A stretch of 64,000 nucleotides of DNA from Devosia sp. (lineage in GTDB: Bacteria > Pseudomonadota > Alphaproteobacteria > Rhizobiales > Devosiaceae), in NCBI GenBank assembly GCA_044224395.1, contig JBGAKM010000014.1, positions 3,095 through 67,094 on the forward strand. The letters run 5' to 3'. A model generated the notes under the pieces. The model was not told the DNA's origin, did no database searches, and saw only the letters and a program-made list of their open reading frames with translations. Positions 9,953 to 19,853 of the stretch are shown here, piece after piece. The position numbers and the translations under genes are program-made. Numbering within the stretch: the first letter of the stretch is position 1; each line of letters opens with the position of its first letter.

Positions 9953-10833
9953 GGCGTGATCACTCGTTGGAGCCGCTGGCCGTCGCCAGGCGAGACAGTG
10001 TGGGGGTGTGGCACTGTCTGAAAGTACACCCCCTTGTAGATGTGGTCTGCTCGAGTGAGGAAGCGCATCAGGCGACGGAGTTCCGGTGAAAACTCTCTCG
10101 TCTCGGCTTCGGCTAGAATGGGCGCCATGTACGAGACGATCTCGCGCTCGAGCGGCGTGATGCATGACTCGAGAGTGTCGCGGTGCCACGCGCCCGTGGA
10201 CCATGATGGATGCAGCTTGAGGTAGGTCGTGAACATCCTTTCGATCATGAAGGGTAGATACGGTGCCGCCGACGTATGCTTGGTGTCCTGGAAGATTTCT
10301 TGCGATGCGGGATGGTCAGGCTCCCTCTCCAGGAACTCCGCTATCGGCAACAGGATGCGGCCCACGTAGTCATCCCAGAACGCCTCAGTGCCGACCCAGA
10401 AGTTACAGTAGAGCAGAACGTCGACACCGTGCCTGGGTTGATCCGAAAGATTCCATCCGATGCCGGTTACGTCCAGCAGCGCCTGCGACGCACCGACGAT
10501 GCCCGGATGGAACATTTCGCCGTTCTCCCAGACATTGAAATTGATGAAGGCGCCGGCCGGACCGGGGTTGGCGATGTAGACATCGCGCCCAGGGTTCTCC
10601 TCGATGAAATCGATGAACCGTTGGCCCGATATCCCAGTCTTCAGCTGGAATTTCGGTGAGAATACGCCTGTCAGGCCGGGACCGCGATGCAGTCCGGCTC
10701 GGTATATGTCCACAAAGATTGCAAACTCGCGCCATGGCGCTCGGTCATTCTTGGTTGGTAGTGCCGTGAAGGCGGGTTCCACCAATTCTTGCCCAACGGC
10801 GTAGATCGGCTCGAATATCTGAACTTTACTCAT
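9949..10833 (-). CDS. Uncharacterised protein, paralogue 4 of six
   Basis: ATG at 10833 (MSKVQIFEPIY); same motif set; closest to paralogue 3. Confidence 0.85.
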   Translation of the reverse strand: MSKVQIFEPIYAVGQELVEPAFTALPTKNDRAPWREFAIFVDIYRAGLHRGPGLTGVFSPKFQLKTGISGQRFIDFIEENPGRDVYIANPGPAGAFINFNVWENGEMFHPGIVGASQALLDVTGIGWNLSDQPRHGVDVLLYCNFWVGTEAFWDDYVGRILLPIAEFLEREPDHPASQEIFQDTKHTSAAPYLPFMIERMFTTYLKLHPSWSTGAWHRDTLESCITPLEREIVSYMAPILAEAETREFSPELRRLMRFLTRADHIYKGVYFQTVPHPHTVSPGDGQRLQRVITP

Positions 10834-11192
10834 GTTACGGCTATGGCGGTGAGCGGCGTGCCGGCAATCTAGGACCGTGGTGCGTGCCGGTCCAGCACGC
10901 TGGGAAATCTCGCGAGGGTGGGACGGGTTGTCGGAAGGCCCCCATTCGAACAGGTATCGGCGACGCGGGGGCAAAACAGGATAAGGCCGTCAAGATCGTC
11001 GTTCCCAGGCGGCGCTATCATGTCGATGCCCCACAAGGAGTTGTCCGAGTGAGTGTAGCTGGACGAGATAGACGGCTACAAGGATAGCATTTATGGCTGC
11101 GAGCATGCTGTAGGTGAAGTCGTCCTAGTAGCTCTGAGGATGACTAATGGTTTTTCGTAGGCTAATTGTATAGCAAAAAGGGTAGCGTCGGT

Positions 11193-12098
11193 ATGCTGCG
11201 TAGCAATCACAAGGGCATTATTCTGGCAGGTGGCCGAGGTACTCGGCTGTTCCCTGCGACTCTTTCGGTAAGCAAGCAGCTGCTTCCTGTTTATGACAAG
11301 CCGATGATTTATTACCCGCTGAGCACGCTTATGCTATCGGGAATATCGGATGTATTGATAATTTCTACCCCAAGCGCCCTGCCTCTGTATCAGGCGCTGC
11401 TCCGCGACGGTGCCGACCTGGGCATGCGCTTCGAGTACGCCATTCAGGCGGAAGCTCGCGGGCTTGCGGAGGCTTTCATCATAGGGGAGCGCTTCGTCGG
11501 GTCGTCTTGTGCTGCCCTGGCGTTAGGCGACAACATCTTTTACGGCACGGGGGTTGGTGACAGCGTGCGCCGCGCTGCCGAGAGGGACAGTGGTGCCACC
11601 GTATTCGCCTATGCGGTGAGCGATCCTCAGCGGTACGGGATCGTCGAGTTCGGTCCGGACGATACGACGCCCGTGTCGATTGTCGAAAAGCCGCAGCAGC
11701 CCAAAAGCAACTATGCGGTGACCGGTCTCTACTTCTACGACAATGACGTTGTCGAGATCGCAAAGAGCATCAGTCCGTCCCCGAGGGGCGAACTCGAGAT
11801 CACGACAGTCAACGAAGTCTACTTGACCCGCGGAAAACTCAGCGTCGAGCGGCTCGGTCGTGGGAATGCCTGGTTTGACACAGGAACCCATGACAGCCTC
11901 CTCGAATCGAGCCAGTTCGTCCAAACTATCGAAAAGCGGCAAGGCCAGAAAATCGCCTGTATTGAGGAGATTGCATGGCGAATGGGGTTCATTGACGACG
12001 AGCAACTGGAGCAACTGGCTCACCCATTAGTTGCCAGCGGCTATGGAAACTATCTACTGGGGCTCCTCTACAATCGGACCTCGTCGCATGACGAATGA
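11193..12098 (+). CDS. rfbA: Glucose-1-phosphate thymidylyltransferase
   Basis: [55 protein letters not shown]. Confidence 0.97.
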   Translation: MLRSNHKGIILAGGRGTRLFPATLSVSKQLLPVYDKPMIYYPLSTLMLSGISDVLIISTPSALPLYQALLRDGADLGMRFEYAIQAEARGLAEAFIIGERFVGSSCAALALGDNIFYGTGVGDSVRRAAERDSGATVFAYAVSDPQRYGIVEFGPDDTTPVSIVEKPQQPKSNYAVTGLYFYDNDVVEIAKSISPSPRGELEITTVNEVYLTRGKLSVERLGRGNAWFDTGTHDSLLESSQFVQTIEKRQGQKIACIEEIAWRMGFIDDEQLEQLAHPLVASGYGNYLLGLLYNRTSSHDE

Positions 12099-12134
12099 GG
12101 GATTGCGCCAGACAAGTGGTCGAACTCGACAAGA

Positions 12135-12962
12135 TTGGACGTTGACTTGACTCTATCGTCTCATCCGCAGGCAGCAAACGCGAGCTCGCTGAGCACTGGG
12201 AAAGAACTAAGGCGAGTTTCCAACGAGATAAGTCTCGCATTCTTCCTGGCTTGGTACGATGTCAGGCACCGTTATGCCCGCTCGGTGATTGGTCCATTCT
12301 GGATCACGCTGCAAACCGCCATCTTCGTGGCGTGCATCGGCTTCGTGTTCAGCACTATCTCGAGCGTCAGCGTTCAAGAATTTCTTCCGTTTTTCGCAAT
12401 CAGCTTTGTGACGTGGGCGCTTCTTTCGGGATGCATAACGAACTCTACGACGGCGCTTCTGGGGGCTGGCGGATTCATCAAGGACCGCGGGCTGCCCGCC
12501 TACGTCTTTTTCGTTCAATGCTTCTTCCGTCATGTCCTTTTCATGGCGCACAACATCGTCGTTCCGATTGCACTCTTTCTCGTGCTCGGCGGCACGTCTC
12601 CAATGAATGTCCTCATGGCCATTCCCGGCTTCCTGATTTTCGCTGCGGTTGCGCTTTGCCTGTCGATTTGCGTGGGAGCAATCGCCACCCGATACAGGGA
12701 TGCGCAACCCTTGGTTGAGTCTCTGGTCAACCTCGCTTTTCTCGCGTCCCCGATCATGTGGAAGCCACACGTTCTGACGGGGCGTGAGTATCTGCTCGAC
12801 TTCAATCCAGTGGTGCATCTGCTCAACATCTGGAGGCAGCCGCTACTCGACGGCATCATGCCGTGGACGAGCTTCGGCGTGTCTCTCGCTATTCTCGCGG
12901 TTCTCATAGCGACGTGCAGTTTTGCCCTCTCGCGCCTCCGCTACGCGGCGTTCTGGATCTGA
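12135..12962 (+). CDS. wzm: ABC-2 polysaccharide export permease
   Basis: RYARSVIGPFW, about six hydrophobic segments, RYRD, SPIMW, FNP; followed by an ATPase. Start uncertain. Confidence 0.9.
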   Translation: MDVDLTLSSHPQAANASSLSTGKELRRVSNEISLAFFLAWYDVRHRYARSVIGPFWITLQTAIFVACIGFVFSTISSVSVQEFLPFFAISFVTWALLSGCITNSTTALLGAGGFIKDRGLPAYVFFVQCFFRHVLFMAHNIVVPIALFLVLGGTSPMNVLMAIPGFLIFAAVALCLSICVGAIATRYRDAQPLVESLVNLAFLASPIMWKPHVLTGREYLLDFNPVVHLLNIWRQPLLDGIMPWTSFGVSLAILAVLIATCSFALSRLRYAAFWI

Positions 12963-12965
12963 GAA

Positions 12966-13712
12966 TTGGCCCACATTTCCCTTCGCAAAGTCTGTCTCGA
13001 CTACCCCATCTATGATCTCAACGATAAGTCGTTGAAGCGACTACTGCTGGCGTCTGCCGGAGGGCGGCGTCTGCACCATCCAGTGATCCGGGCGCTACAC
13101 GATATCGACCTCGATATTGCGGCTGGGGAACGCGTAGGGCTTTTTGGGCCCAATGGTTCGGGCAAGACGACGCTCTTGCGAACTATCGCGGGGATTTTCC
13201 CGATAACTACCGGCCAGCGGGTCATCGCCGGGCACATCACGCCGCTACTGGGTCTATCCGTCGGCGCGAACATGGACATTTCCGCCGACGACAATATTCG
13301 CCTGCTGATGCGAGTGGACGGCATCCGGCCGACCGAGGCGCTGGTCGATGAGATTTGGAACTTCACCGACCTGTCGGAGAGCATGCGTCACATGCCGCTG
13401 CGGACATTCTCTTCCGGCATGCTGATGCGCGTCCTCTTCTCGGCTGCAACTGCACGCTCGCCCGATATTCTCCTCCTCGATGAATGGCTCAGCGTTGTCG
13501 ATGAGACCTTCTCCAAGAAGGCCGAGGCGCGAATGACCGAGTTGGTAGCGCGGACCAAGATCCTGGTGGTCGCTTCCCACAACATGAAGATGCTCGAGCG
13601 AATCTGTACGCGCATCGTTCGGCTGGAGGACGGGATGATCAGGTCCGACACACCGGTCGAGCAAACGAGGGAAGTCGAGGACGACGACCAGCGGGCCAGG
13701 GCCGCGTTTTGA
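12966..13712 (+). CDS. wzt: Polysaccharide export ABC ATPase, short form with no C-terminal CBM
   Basis: GPNGSGKTT Walker A, FSSGM signature, LLLDEW, VASH; 248 aa. Confidence 0.92.
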   Translation: MAHISLRKVCLDYPIYDLNDKSLKRLLLASAGGRRLHHPVIRALHDIDLDIAAGERVGLFGPNGSGKTTLLRTIAGIFPITTGQRVIAGHITPLLGLSVGANMDISADDNIRLLMRVDGIRPTEALVDEIWNFTDLSESMRHMPLRTFSSGMLMRVLFSAATARSPDILLLDEWLSVVDETFSKKAEARMTELVARTKILVVASHNMKMLERICTRIVRLEDGMIRSDTPVEQTREVEDDDQRARAAF

Positions 13713-14791
13713 CGGTCCTGCATGTCCACGCTCAGGACATCGTTCGAAACGACGCTGTCGGGAATTTCGCGCGTCAGGTTGCAGACCTTGCCTCGCGGAG
13801 TGGGTGGTCGGTACGCTTATGGGCGAACCATGCAGACACCTTCGAGACGCACACTGTCGAACACCGGAGCGGTTTCAGACAGGCGCTGTCCGCCGAGGAC
13901 GTAATCTTCTTCAACCACTCTATCTACGATCCCCTTCTCGGGGAGGTCGCGGAGCTGTCCAATCGGAAGATTCTGTACTTTCACGGCATCACGCCTCCCG
14001 AACTGATCGATCCACTTGACGAGCGCACGGCCGACTTCTGCCGTCGCGGTTTGGCCCAGCGATCGTTGGCGAGCCGCTTCGATGCGTTGATGGCCAATTC
14101 GACCGCGACAGCCGTTGATTTGCTGGGCGGTATGGACGCGGACGATCGAGTGCGCTGGCAAGGCCGCATCCAGGCGGTCCCGCCAGTAATCGGCCTTGAT
14201 CGCTGGCAAAGTGTCGAGTCGGAGCCGTTGCCCCTCCGCGAGGGACGTCGATACCTCCTCTTCGTAGGGCGGATCGTGCCGCACAAGAATGTCGTTTTTC
14301 TCCTCGATGTGTTCGAGCGGCTCAGCGATCGGCTGGCCGGTCTCGACCTTCATCTGGTCGGCGGGCCACCAAGCGGTCCTTACGTTGGACAGGTAGCTTC
14401 GCGGGCCGCCGCGCTCAATACTCTGGGTCGCGGGATGATCACACTGCGCAATGGCATCTCGGACGGAACTCTGCGGTTCCTCTACGAGAATGCGACGGCG
14501 CTCCTCACCTTCAGTCGTCACGAGGGTTTTTGCGTTCCTCTCATCGATGCGTTGACATTCGACAAGCCCGTGCTCATGAGCGCCGGCCCAGCCATGATCG
14601 ATGTCATGGGAGGAGCTGCCCTGCTAGTCTCGGACAACCCGGACGACGCGGCTGGTCAGATCGCAGCTTTCTTGAGCGACCCCGCAGCGCTCGCTTCAAA
14701 TGCCGTTGCGAGGCGTGGACGGCTTGAGCAACTCCGTGCTCTGGCAGACGGACGATTGATACTCAACGCGCTTGAGGCGCTTCGACCGTGA
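13709..14791 (+). CDS. GT4 glycosyltransferase
   Basis: DAVGN, YFHGITP, FVGRIVPHKN, SRHEGFCVPLIDA. Confidence 0.88.
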   Translation: MTVLHVHAQDIVRNDAVGNFARQVADLASRSGWSVRLWANHADTFETHTVEHRSGFRQALSAEDVIFFNHSIYDPLLGEVAELSNRKILYFHGITPPELIDPLDERTADFCRRGLAQRSLASRFDALMANSTATAVDLLGGMDADDRVRWQGRIQAVPPVIGLDRWQSVESEPLPLREGRRYLLFVGRIVPHKNVVFLLDVFERLSDRLAGLDLHLVGGPPSGPYVGQVASRAAALNTLGRGMITLRNGISDGTLRFLYENATALLTFSRHEGFCVPLIDALTFDKPVLMSAGPAMIDVMGGAALLVSDNPDDAAGQIAAFLSDPAALASNAVARRGRLEQLRALADGRLILNALEALRP

Positions 14792-15798
14792 GTCCGCGCG
14801 TTACCTTTGCGACCTATCCTTGGGCATTTGAGGTTCCCGGTGGCGGGGAGATACAACTGCTCAAATACGAACAGTATCTGCGGGCTGCGGGCCAGAGCGT
14901 TGCTCGCCACGATCCATGGTCCCAATCGCTGCGTTCCACCGATATCGTGCATTTCTTTTCCTGCATCAGCGGGTCGGTTCACTTCTGCAACTACGCAAAG
15001 AGCCAAGGCATTCCCCTTGTCGTTTCGGCCAGCCTCTGGCTCACCGACGAAACGAGGCACCTCTATCCGATCGACGAGATCAGGCATCAACTGCACCTTG
15101 CGGATGCTATCGTCACGAACGGCGATATCGAGAGCGACAACCTCGCGCACGTTCTCGGTTTGAGCAGAGACAAGTTCCATACGGTTCGGAACGCATGCGA
15201 CTCGACGTTCCTCCACCGCGTCGATCCTGAGCTGTTTCGCGACCGCTTCGGGATCAAAGGTCCGTTTCTTCTCAACGTGGGGAACGTCGAACCACGCAAG
15301 AACCAACTCGCACTGGCGACTGCCTCACGTACGCTCGGCATTCCCCTCATCGTCGTCGGTCATGTGCGGTCGCAGGACTATGCCGACGCCAGTTGGGCCG
15401 CGGGAGGCGATCTCGTCCGCTATCTCGGGCCGATCGATCACGACGACCCGCTGCTGCGATCGGCCTATGCCGCCTGCGAGCTCTTCTGCCTGCCTTCGAC
15501 GCTCGAAACCCCGGGGCTCACCGCGCTTGAAGCGGCTGCAGCAGGAGCACGTGTGTTGGTGACCGGTCACGGGTCCGCGCCCGAGTACTTCGGCGAGTAT
15601 GCGGACTATGTGTGGGGTTCGGAGCCGGAGGACATTGTCGCTCGACTCATCGCCGCGCTGGAGAGACCTGTGAATCCGATGCTTCGACAAAGGGTCGCAG
15701 AGCAATTCACGTGGGAGCGCGTTGTTGAGCCACTGGCCCGTCTTTATGAGCAGTTGGCCAATTGCAAGCGGCAGTCGGCGATGGAGGCGGGCGCATGA
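14788..15798 (+). CDS. GT4 glycosyltransferase
   Basis: GGGEIQL, VGNVEPRKNQ, PSTLETPGLTALEAAA. Confidence 0.88.
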   Translation: MSPRVTFATYPWAFEVPGGGEIQLLKYEQYLRAAGQSVARHDPWSQSLRSTDIVHFFSCISGSVHFCNYAKSQGIPLVVSASLWLTDETRHLYPIDEIRHQLHLADAIVTNGDIESDNLAHVLGLSRDKFHTVRNACDSTFLHRVDPELFRDRFGIKGPFLLNVGNVEPRKNQLALATASRTLGIPLIVVGHVRSQDYADASWAAGGDLVRYLGPIDHDDPLLRSAYAACELFCLPSTLETPGLTALEAAAAGARVLVTGHGSAPEYFGEYADYVWGSEPEDIVARLIAALERPVNPMLRQRVAEQFTWERVVEPLARLYEQLANCKRQSAMEAGA

Positions 15799-17180
15799 TC
15801 GTCAGTGCTCTCCGCAATGGCGTTCGCGGCGCCCTCGCGGCTACTCTGGTTTATCCTTTGGCGGAGCGGTTCGAGAAGCGAGACATTCGCAGCAAGGCAA
15901 ACTGGATACGCGCTGAGCTGGACCGCCCGTTCGAGGACCGAAAGCGGCGTGCACTCGAACGGCTCGTTGAGATTGTGCATTTGGCGGGCCACAAGGTCCC
16001 GTATTATCGCGACCTGTTTGCGGCACTGAGTTTTGATCCTGAGAAGCTCACATCCGACGCCCGCTACCTCGAAGACCTGCCTTACCTGACCAAGGACATC
16101 ATTCGCGAGCAGGGGCACCGCCTGCTGCGCGATGATCGGGAGGGACTGCGGATACACACGGCCAAGACCGGGGGTTCGACAGGCCCGTCAGCACACATCT
16201 ACTACGACCAGGAGGCAGCCGACTGGTCGTCTGCGATCAACCGGGAAAGTCGACGGCGGATCGGCAATTCGGCCTGGCGAAGCGAGCTCCATTTCGCATC
16301 GAAGTTTCCCGAAGTTTTCCCGTGGAAGGCGAGAATTCGCGAGGCGGTCAAATGCTTCGCTATGAATCGCGACAACGTCTTCTTTTCGACATTTGGGGAC
16401 GACGAGCTTGCGAGTATCTGGCGTCAGGTCAGGGCCATCAGGCCGCATCTTCTGCACGCCCATCCTTCGACCGTTGATCAGCTTGCCCAGTATGTCGAGC
16501 GGACGCGCGGCAGCGATCGCGCCTTCGCTATCTTTGAGTCCTCGGGCGAGTTGCTCGAGCCGAGCCAGCGCGAACGGATCGAGCGCGTGCTGCGATGCAC
16601 GGTCATCGACCGATATGGTCTGGCTGAAGCAGGCGTGCTAGCTTATCAGCTCGACGCGCATATTCCTCGAATGCGCTATTTCGAGTTCTTCGCTTGGCCC
16701 GAAGTTGCTCCTGCACCGGACGTAACTCCGGGTGAAGGCGAGGACGGCGCGCGCGCCGGCGAACTCGTTATCACGCCGCTCTTCAACACCCTCATGCCGC
16801 TTATTCGTTATCGGACCGGCGACAATATCGTTCTCGCTGAGCGCGAAGCAGGGTTCGAGGTCTTGCGAATGGTCGGGCGCATCCACGATGTTGTGACGAT
16901 CTCGGGCACTCCATTGCCGACGCACTATATCCAGGACGTGCTCGATCGGGTCGGCGGCATCCGTGAGTTCCAGATCGAAGTCAGAGAGGGCAAGCCGGTA
17001 TTCAGGCTCGTGCCTGAACCCGGTGTTGACACGGCGGGCATGGCGGCTCGCATCCAGTCTTGGTGGCCGGGGGCTGTGTCGGTAGAATTTATCGAGCCGA
17101 GCGAGCTGAAGCTTGTGGGGTCGAGGCAGAAGTTCCGGCATCTGGTCCAGCCGGTCGTGAGCGAAGCAGCCGCGAAGTGA
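15795..17180 (+). CDS. Phenylacetate-CoA ligase family adenylating enzyme (CapK-like)
   Basis: VPYYRDLF, LPYLTKD, TGGSTG loop, YGLAEAG, MPLIRYRTGD, GRIHD, KFR. Confidence 0.85.
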   Translation: MIVSALRNGVRGALAATLVYPLAERFEKRDIRSKANWIRAELDRPFEDRKRRALERLVEIVHLAGHKVPYYRDLFAALSFDPEKLTSDARYLEDLPYLTKDIIREQGHRLLRDDREGLRIHTAKTGGSTGPSAHIYYDQEAADWSSAINRESRRRIGNSAWRSELHFASKFPEVFPWKARIREAVKCFAMNRDNVFFSTFGDDELASIWRQVRAIRPHLLHAHPSTVDQLAQYVERTRGSDRAFAIFESSGELLEPSQRERIERVLRCTVIDRYGLAEAGVLAYQLDAHIPRMRYFEFFAWPEVAPAPDVTPGEGEDGARAGELVITPLFNTLMPLIRYRTGDNIVLAEREAGFEVLRMVGRIHDVVTISGTPLPTHYIQDVLDRVGGIREFQIEVREGKPVFRLVPEPGVDTAGMAARIQSWWPGAVSVEFIEPSELKLVGSRQKFRHLVQPVVSEAAAK

Positions 17181-18733
17181 TCGAACTTCTGGGCAGCGAG
17201 AGCGATCCGGCCCTGGCTATTGTGAGGGCGGCGCTCCGGCGTGCGGTCACGGCCGGGCAGATCGACACCACCGGCACTGGCGCCAGCAGGATCGTCGTGC
17301 TTGTCAATCCAACGGATCGTCATACGGCGAGGCTGGCCAGTCTGCTTCGCGAGAGCGGCAAGGCGATCGTCTTTGGCCGCCCGTCTCCAGCCATCGCGGC
17401 CCTTTGTGGTTTGAAGATTCGCGGCGACGTACCTGCGGAATGGCTTGCCGCATCCGAGTGTGATCCAGCTCTGCCGCATGAGGCGACTCGGTCCGACGCG
17501 GCAGTGGCGTGGTCGACTCATCCGCTCTTCGAATCGGTGCCGTTCAAGGTCCGACCGTTCCTTCGGTTCGACTTCGCCAATGAGTGGAACAACCTCGGCT
17601 TCGGCCGTATTCGCGCTGACGGCGGCGCTTGGTCGATCGCCGCCGATGTTGAGCCTGGGGGTGCCGAGGTGCTTGCTGTCGCTGAGGCAGACGGTCTCAG
17701 CACAATTCCCTTTGTCGCCCTCCGTGACACCGACTCCGGGGCCGTACTCTGGTGGAACCGCGCCGTTGGTCCCGTCGACAGCGGAGAATGGGCCGTGGTC
17801 GAAGACTTCATCGCAAACTGGCGTCATGCTGACATGCCGACGGTGCCGGTCGTTTCTGAAATACCGTTCGGGTATGATGCGGCAGTAACCATGCGCCTCG
17901 ATTGCGATGAGGACATCGCCTCGGCTCGCCCTCTTTTCGACCTCTATCGGTCGCGGGGTCTTCCCTTCTCGCTCGCGGTCAGGACAGCGCAGGACGATGG
18001 AGGTGGGCGCGGTGCTGCCTTACTGCGTGATGTGTTCGCCTCAGGCGGTTCAGTGCTCTCTCACTCCGTGACTCATGCTCCGAACTGGGGCGGCTCGGAG
18101 GATGCATGTTACCTAGAAGCGCGTGGTTCGATTGACTGGCTCGAGGAGCGGGTTCCCGGTCTCCGCGTGCGCTACGCGGTCTCGCCATTCCATCAGAATC
18201 CGCCTTACGTCTCGCGGGGCCTCAATCGAGCAGGTCTCGACGGATTTGTCGGTGGAATCATTGCCAACGATCCCGAGGCTCTTGTCGCACGAGGCGGGGT
18301 GCTCCCCGACGACGATACCGGCACGGTGACACACAGCCAGCAATGCATGCTGCACGGCGACTGCATCCTGCCCGGATCGGATGGATTGGCTATCATCAAG
18401 CAAGCGTTCTGGGTGGCGACCGCGTCACGGGCGATCTTTGGCTTTCTGGACCACCCGTTCTCGGCTCGCTATCAATATGGCTGGACGTCTGAAGAGGAGC
18501 GCGTGGCACGTCACGCGGAATTCTTGAACCACATCTCCGAGCAAATGACCGGAAAGAGTGTGCTCTGGCTGAACGAGGACCAGTGCCTTGATTGGATCGG
18601 TTCGAAGTCTCGGCTCCTGCTTCGGCCTGCGCGCGACGGGTTCACTGCGGAGGGCCTCCGACCGGCCGCACATCGCTTCGCCGTAAGGTGGCGCGGCGAT
18701 GTCCTACCATTGGACGCTGTCGCTCATGGCTAA
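17177..18733 (+). CDS. Polysaccharide deacetylase (CE4/NodB-like) domain protein with N-terminal extension
   Basis: MRLDCDED and SHSVTH metal-binding motifs in the C-terminal half; GTG overlapping the upstream stop. Confidence 0.7.
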   Translation: MIELLGSESDPALAIVRAALRRAVTAGQIDTTGTGASRIVVLVNPTDRHTARLASLLRESGKAIVFGRPSPAIAALCGLKIRGDVPAEWLAASECDPALPHEATRSDAAVAWSTHPLFESVPFKVRPFLRFDFANEWNNLGFGRIRADGGAWSIAADVEPGGAEVLAVAEADGLSTIPFVALRDTDSGAVLWWNRAVGPVDSGEWAVVEDFIANWRHADMPTVPVVSEIPFGYDAAVTMRLDCDEDIASARPLFDLYRSRGLPFSLAVRTAQDDGGGRGAALLRDVFASGGSVLSHSVTHAPNWGGSEDACYLEARGSIDWLEERVPGLRVRYAVSPFHQNPPYVSRGLNRAGLDGFVGGIIANDPEALVARGGVLPDDDTGTVTHSQQCMLHGDCILPGSDGLAIIKQAFWVATASRAIFGFLDHPFSARYQYGWTSEEERVARHAEFLNHISEQMTGKSVLWLNEDQCLDWIGSKSRLLLRPARDGFTAEGLRPAAHRFAVRWRGDVLPLDAVAHG

Positions 18734-19853
18734 GCGAGCGCCATCTCACATCGTGGTGGTGGTGGGCACGCGACCCGAGGCCATCAAGCTGGCGCCGGTC
18801 GTGATCGCGCTGCGCAAGCATGTGTCTGACTTTCGTGTGACCTTGCTTGCGACCGGACAGCATCGAGAGATGCTGACGCAAGCGCTGTCGAGTTTTGGGC
18901 TCAAGGCCGATATGGACCTCGATGTGATGACGCCCAGCCAGACTCTCGCAGGTCTGACAAGCGTCCTCCTCACCGAGTGTCAGAAGGCTTTCGAGGCTCT
19001 AAAGCCGGACTTCGTTCTCGTCCAGGGCGACACAACGACAGTGCTGGCGTCTGCCCTGGCGGCCTTCTATGCCCGCATTCCGGTCGGCCACGTGGAGGCA
19101 GGTCTGCGTACGGGCAATCTGAGCAACCCATTTCCCGAAGAGATGAATCGTCGCGCGGTCGCTACGCTGGCCAGCCTGCATTTCTGTCCGACCAGTCGCG
19201 CGTCGAGAGAGTTGCGGCGAGAGGGCATCTCATCAGATCGCATCGAGGTTACGGGCAACACGATCGTCGATGCGCTGGAGTTAATGGAGCATGGCCGGGC
19301 GCCGATCTCCACATGGGTGCAGGGTTTCGCCGCTTCCAATCGCGATCGGCTGATTCTGGTGACCTGCCATCGACGCGAGAGCTTCGGGCCGGATCTCGCC
19401 GCGATCGTCGACGGTGTTGCGCAACTGGCGGGCACGCATCCGGACCGCGCCATATTCTTTCCCGTGCACCTCAATCCGGCAGTCCGTGACCAAGTCTTGC
19501 CGGCGTTGTCTGGAATTCCGAACATCCACCTTTCCGACCCTGTCACCTACTCCGACCTCTTGCATGTCCTCCAGCATGCGGAACTGGTGGTGACGGACTC
19601 TGGCGGCATTCAGGAAGAGGCGCCGTCGTTTGGCGTCCCTGTCCTCGTCGTACGTCGAGTGACTGAGCGTCCTGAAGGGGTGACGGCAGGGTTTGCAAAG
19701 ATCGTTGCGGCCGACGCGACTGCGATCGTCGAACAGGCCAGTGCCTGGCTTCGGCAAAACAGAAAAGCGCGGCTGCTCGGTCGTCCAAATCCCTACGGAG
19801 ACGGCCAGGCGTCGCAGCGCATCGCCGACCGCCTCTTGCGGGAGTTGCGGTGA
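18726..19853 (+). CDS. wecB: UDP-N-acetylglucosamine 2-epimerase (non-hydrolysing)
   Basis: GTRPEAIKLAP, TGQHREM, VQGDT, HVEAGLR, PFPEEMNR, TDSGGIQEEA, NPYGDG. Confidence 0.96.
   Translation: MAKRAPSHIVVVVGTRPEAIKLAPVVIALRKHVSDFRVTLLATGQHREMLTQALSSFGLKADMDLDVMTPSQTLAGLTSVLLTECQKAFEALKPDFVLVQGDTTTVLASALAAFYARIPVGHVEAGLRTGNLSNPFPEEMNRRAVATLASLHFCPTSRASRELRREGISSDRIEVTGNTIVDALELMEHGRAPISTWVQGFAASNRDRLILVTCHRRESFGPDLAAIVDGVAQLAGTHPDRAIFFPVHLNPAVRDQVLPALSGIPNIHLSDPVTYSDLLHVLQHAELVVTDSGGIQEEAPSFGVPVLVVRRVTERPEGVTAGFAKIVAADATAIVEQASAWLRQNRKARLLGRPNPYGDGQASQRIADRLLRELR

Noticed and set aside
9953-10204. Upstream extension of paralogue 3 as a real overlapping frame
   Set aside because: Family alignment begins at GTG 9952, which is coupled to the upstream stop.
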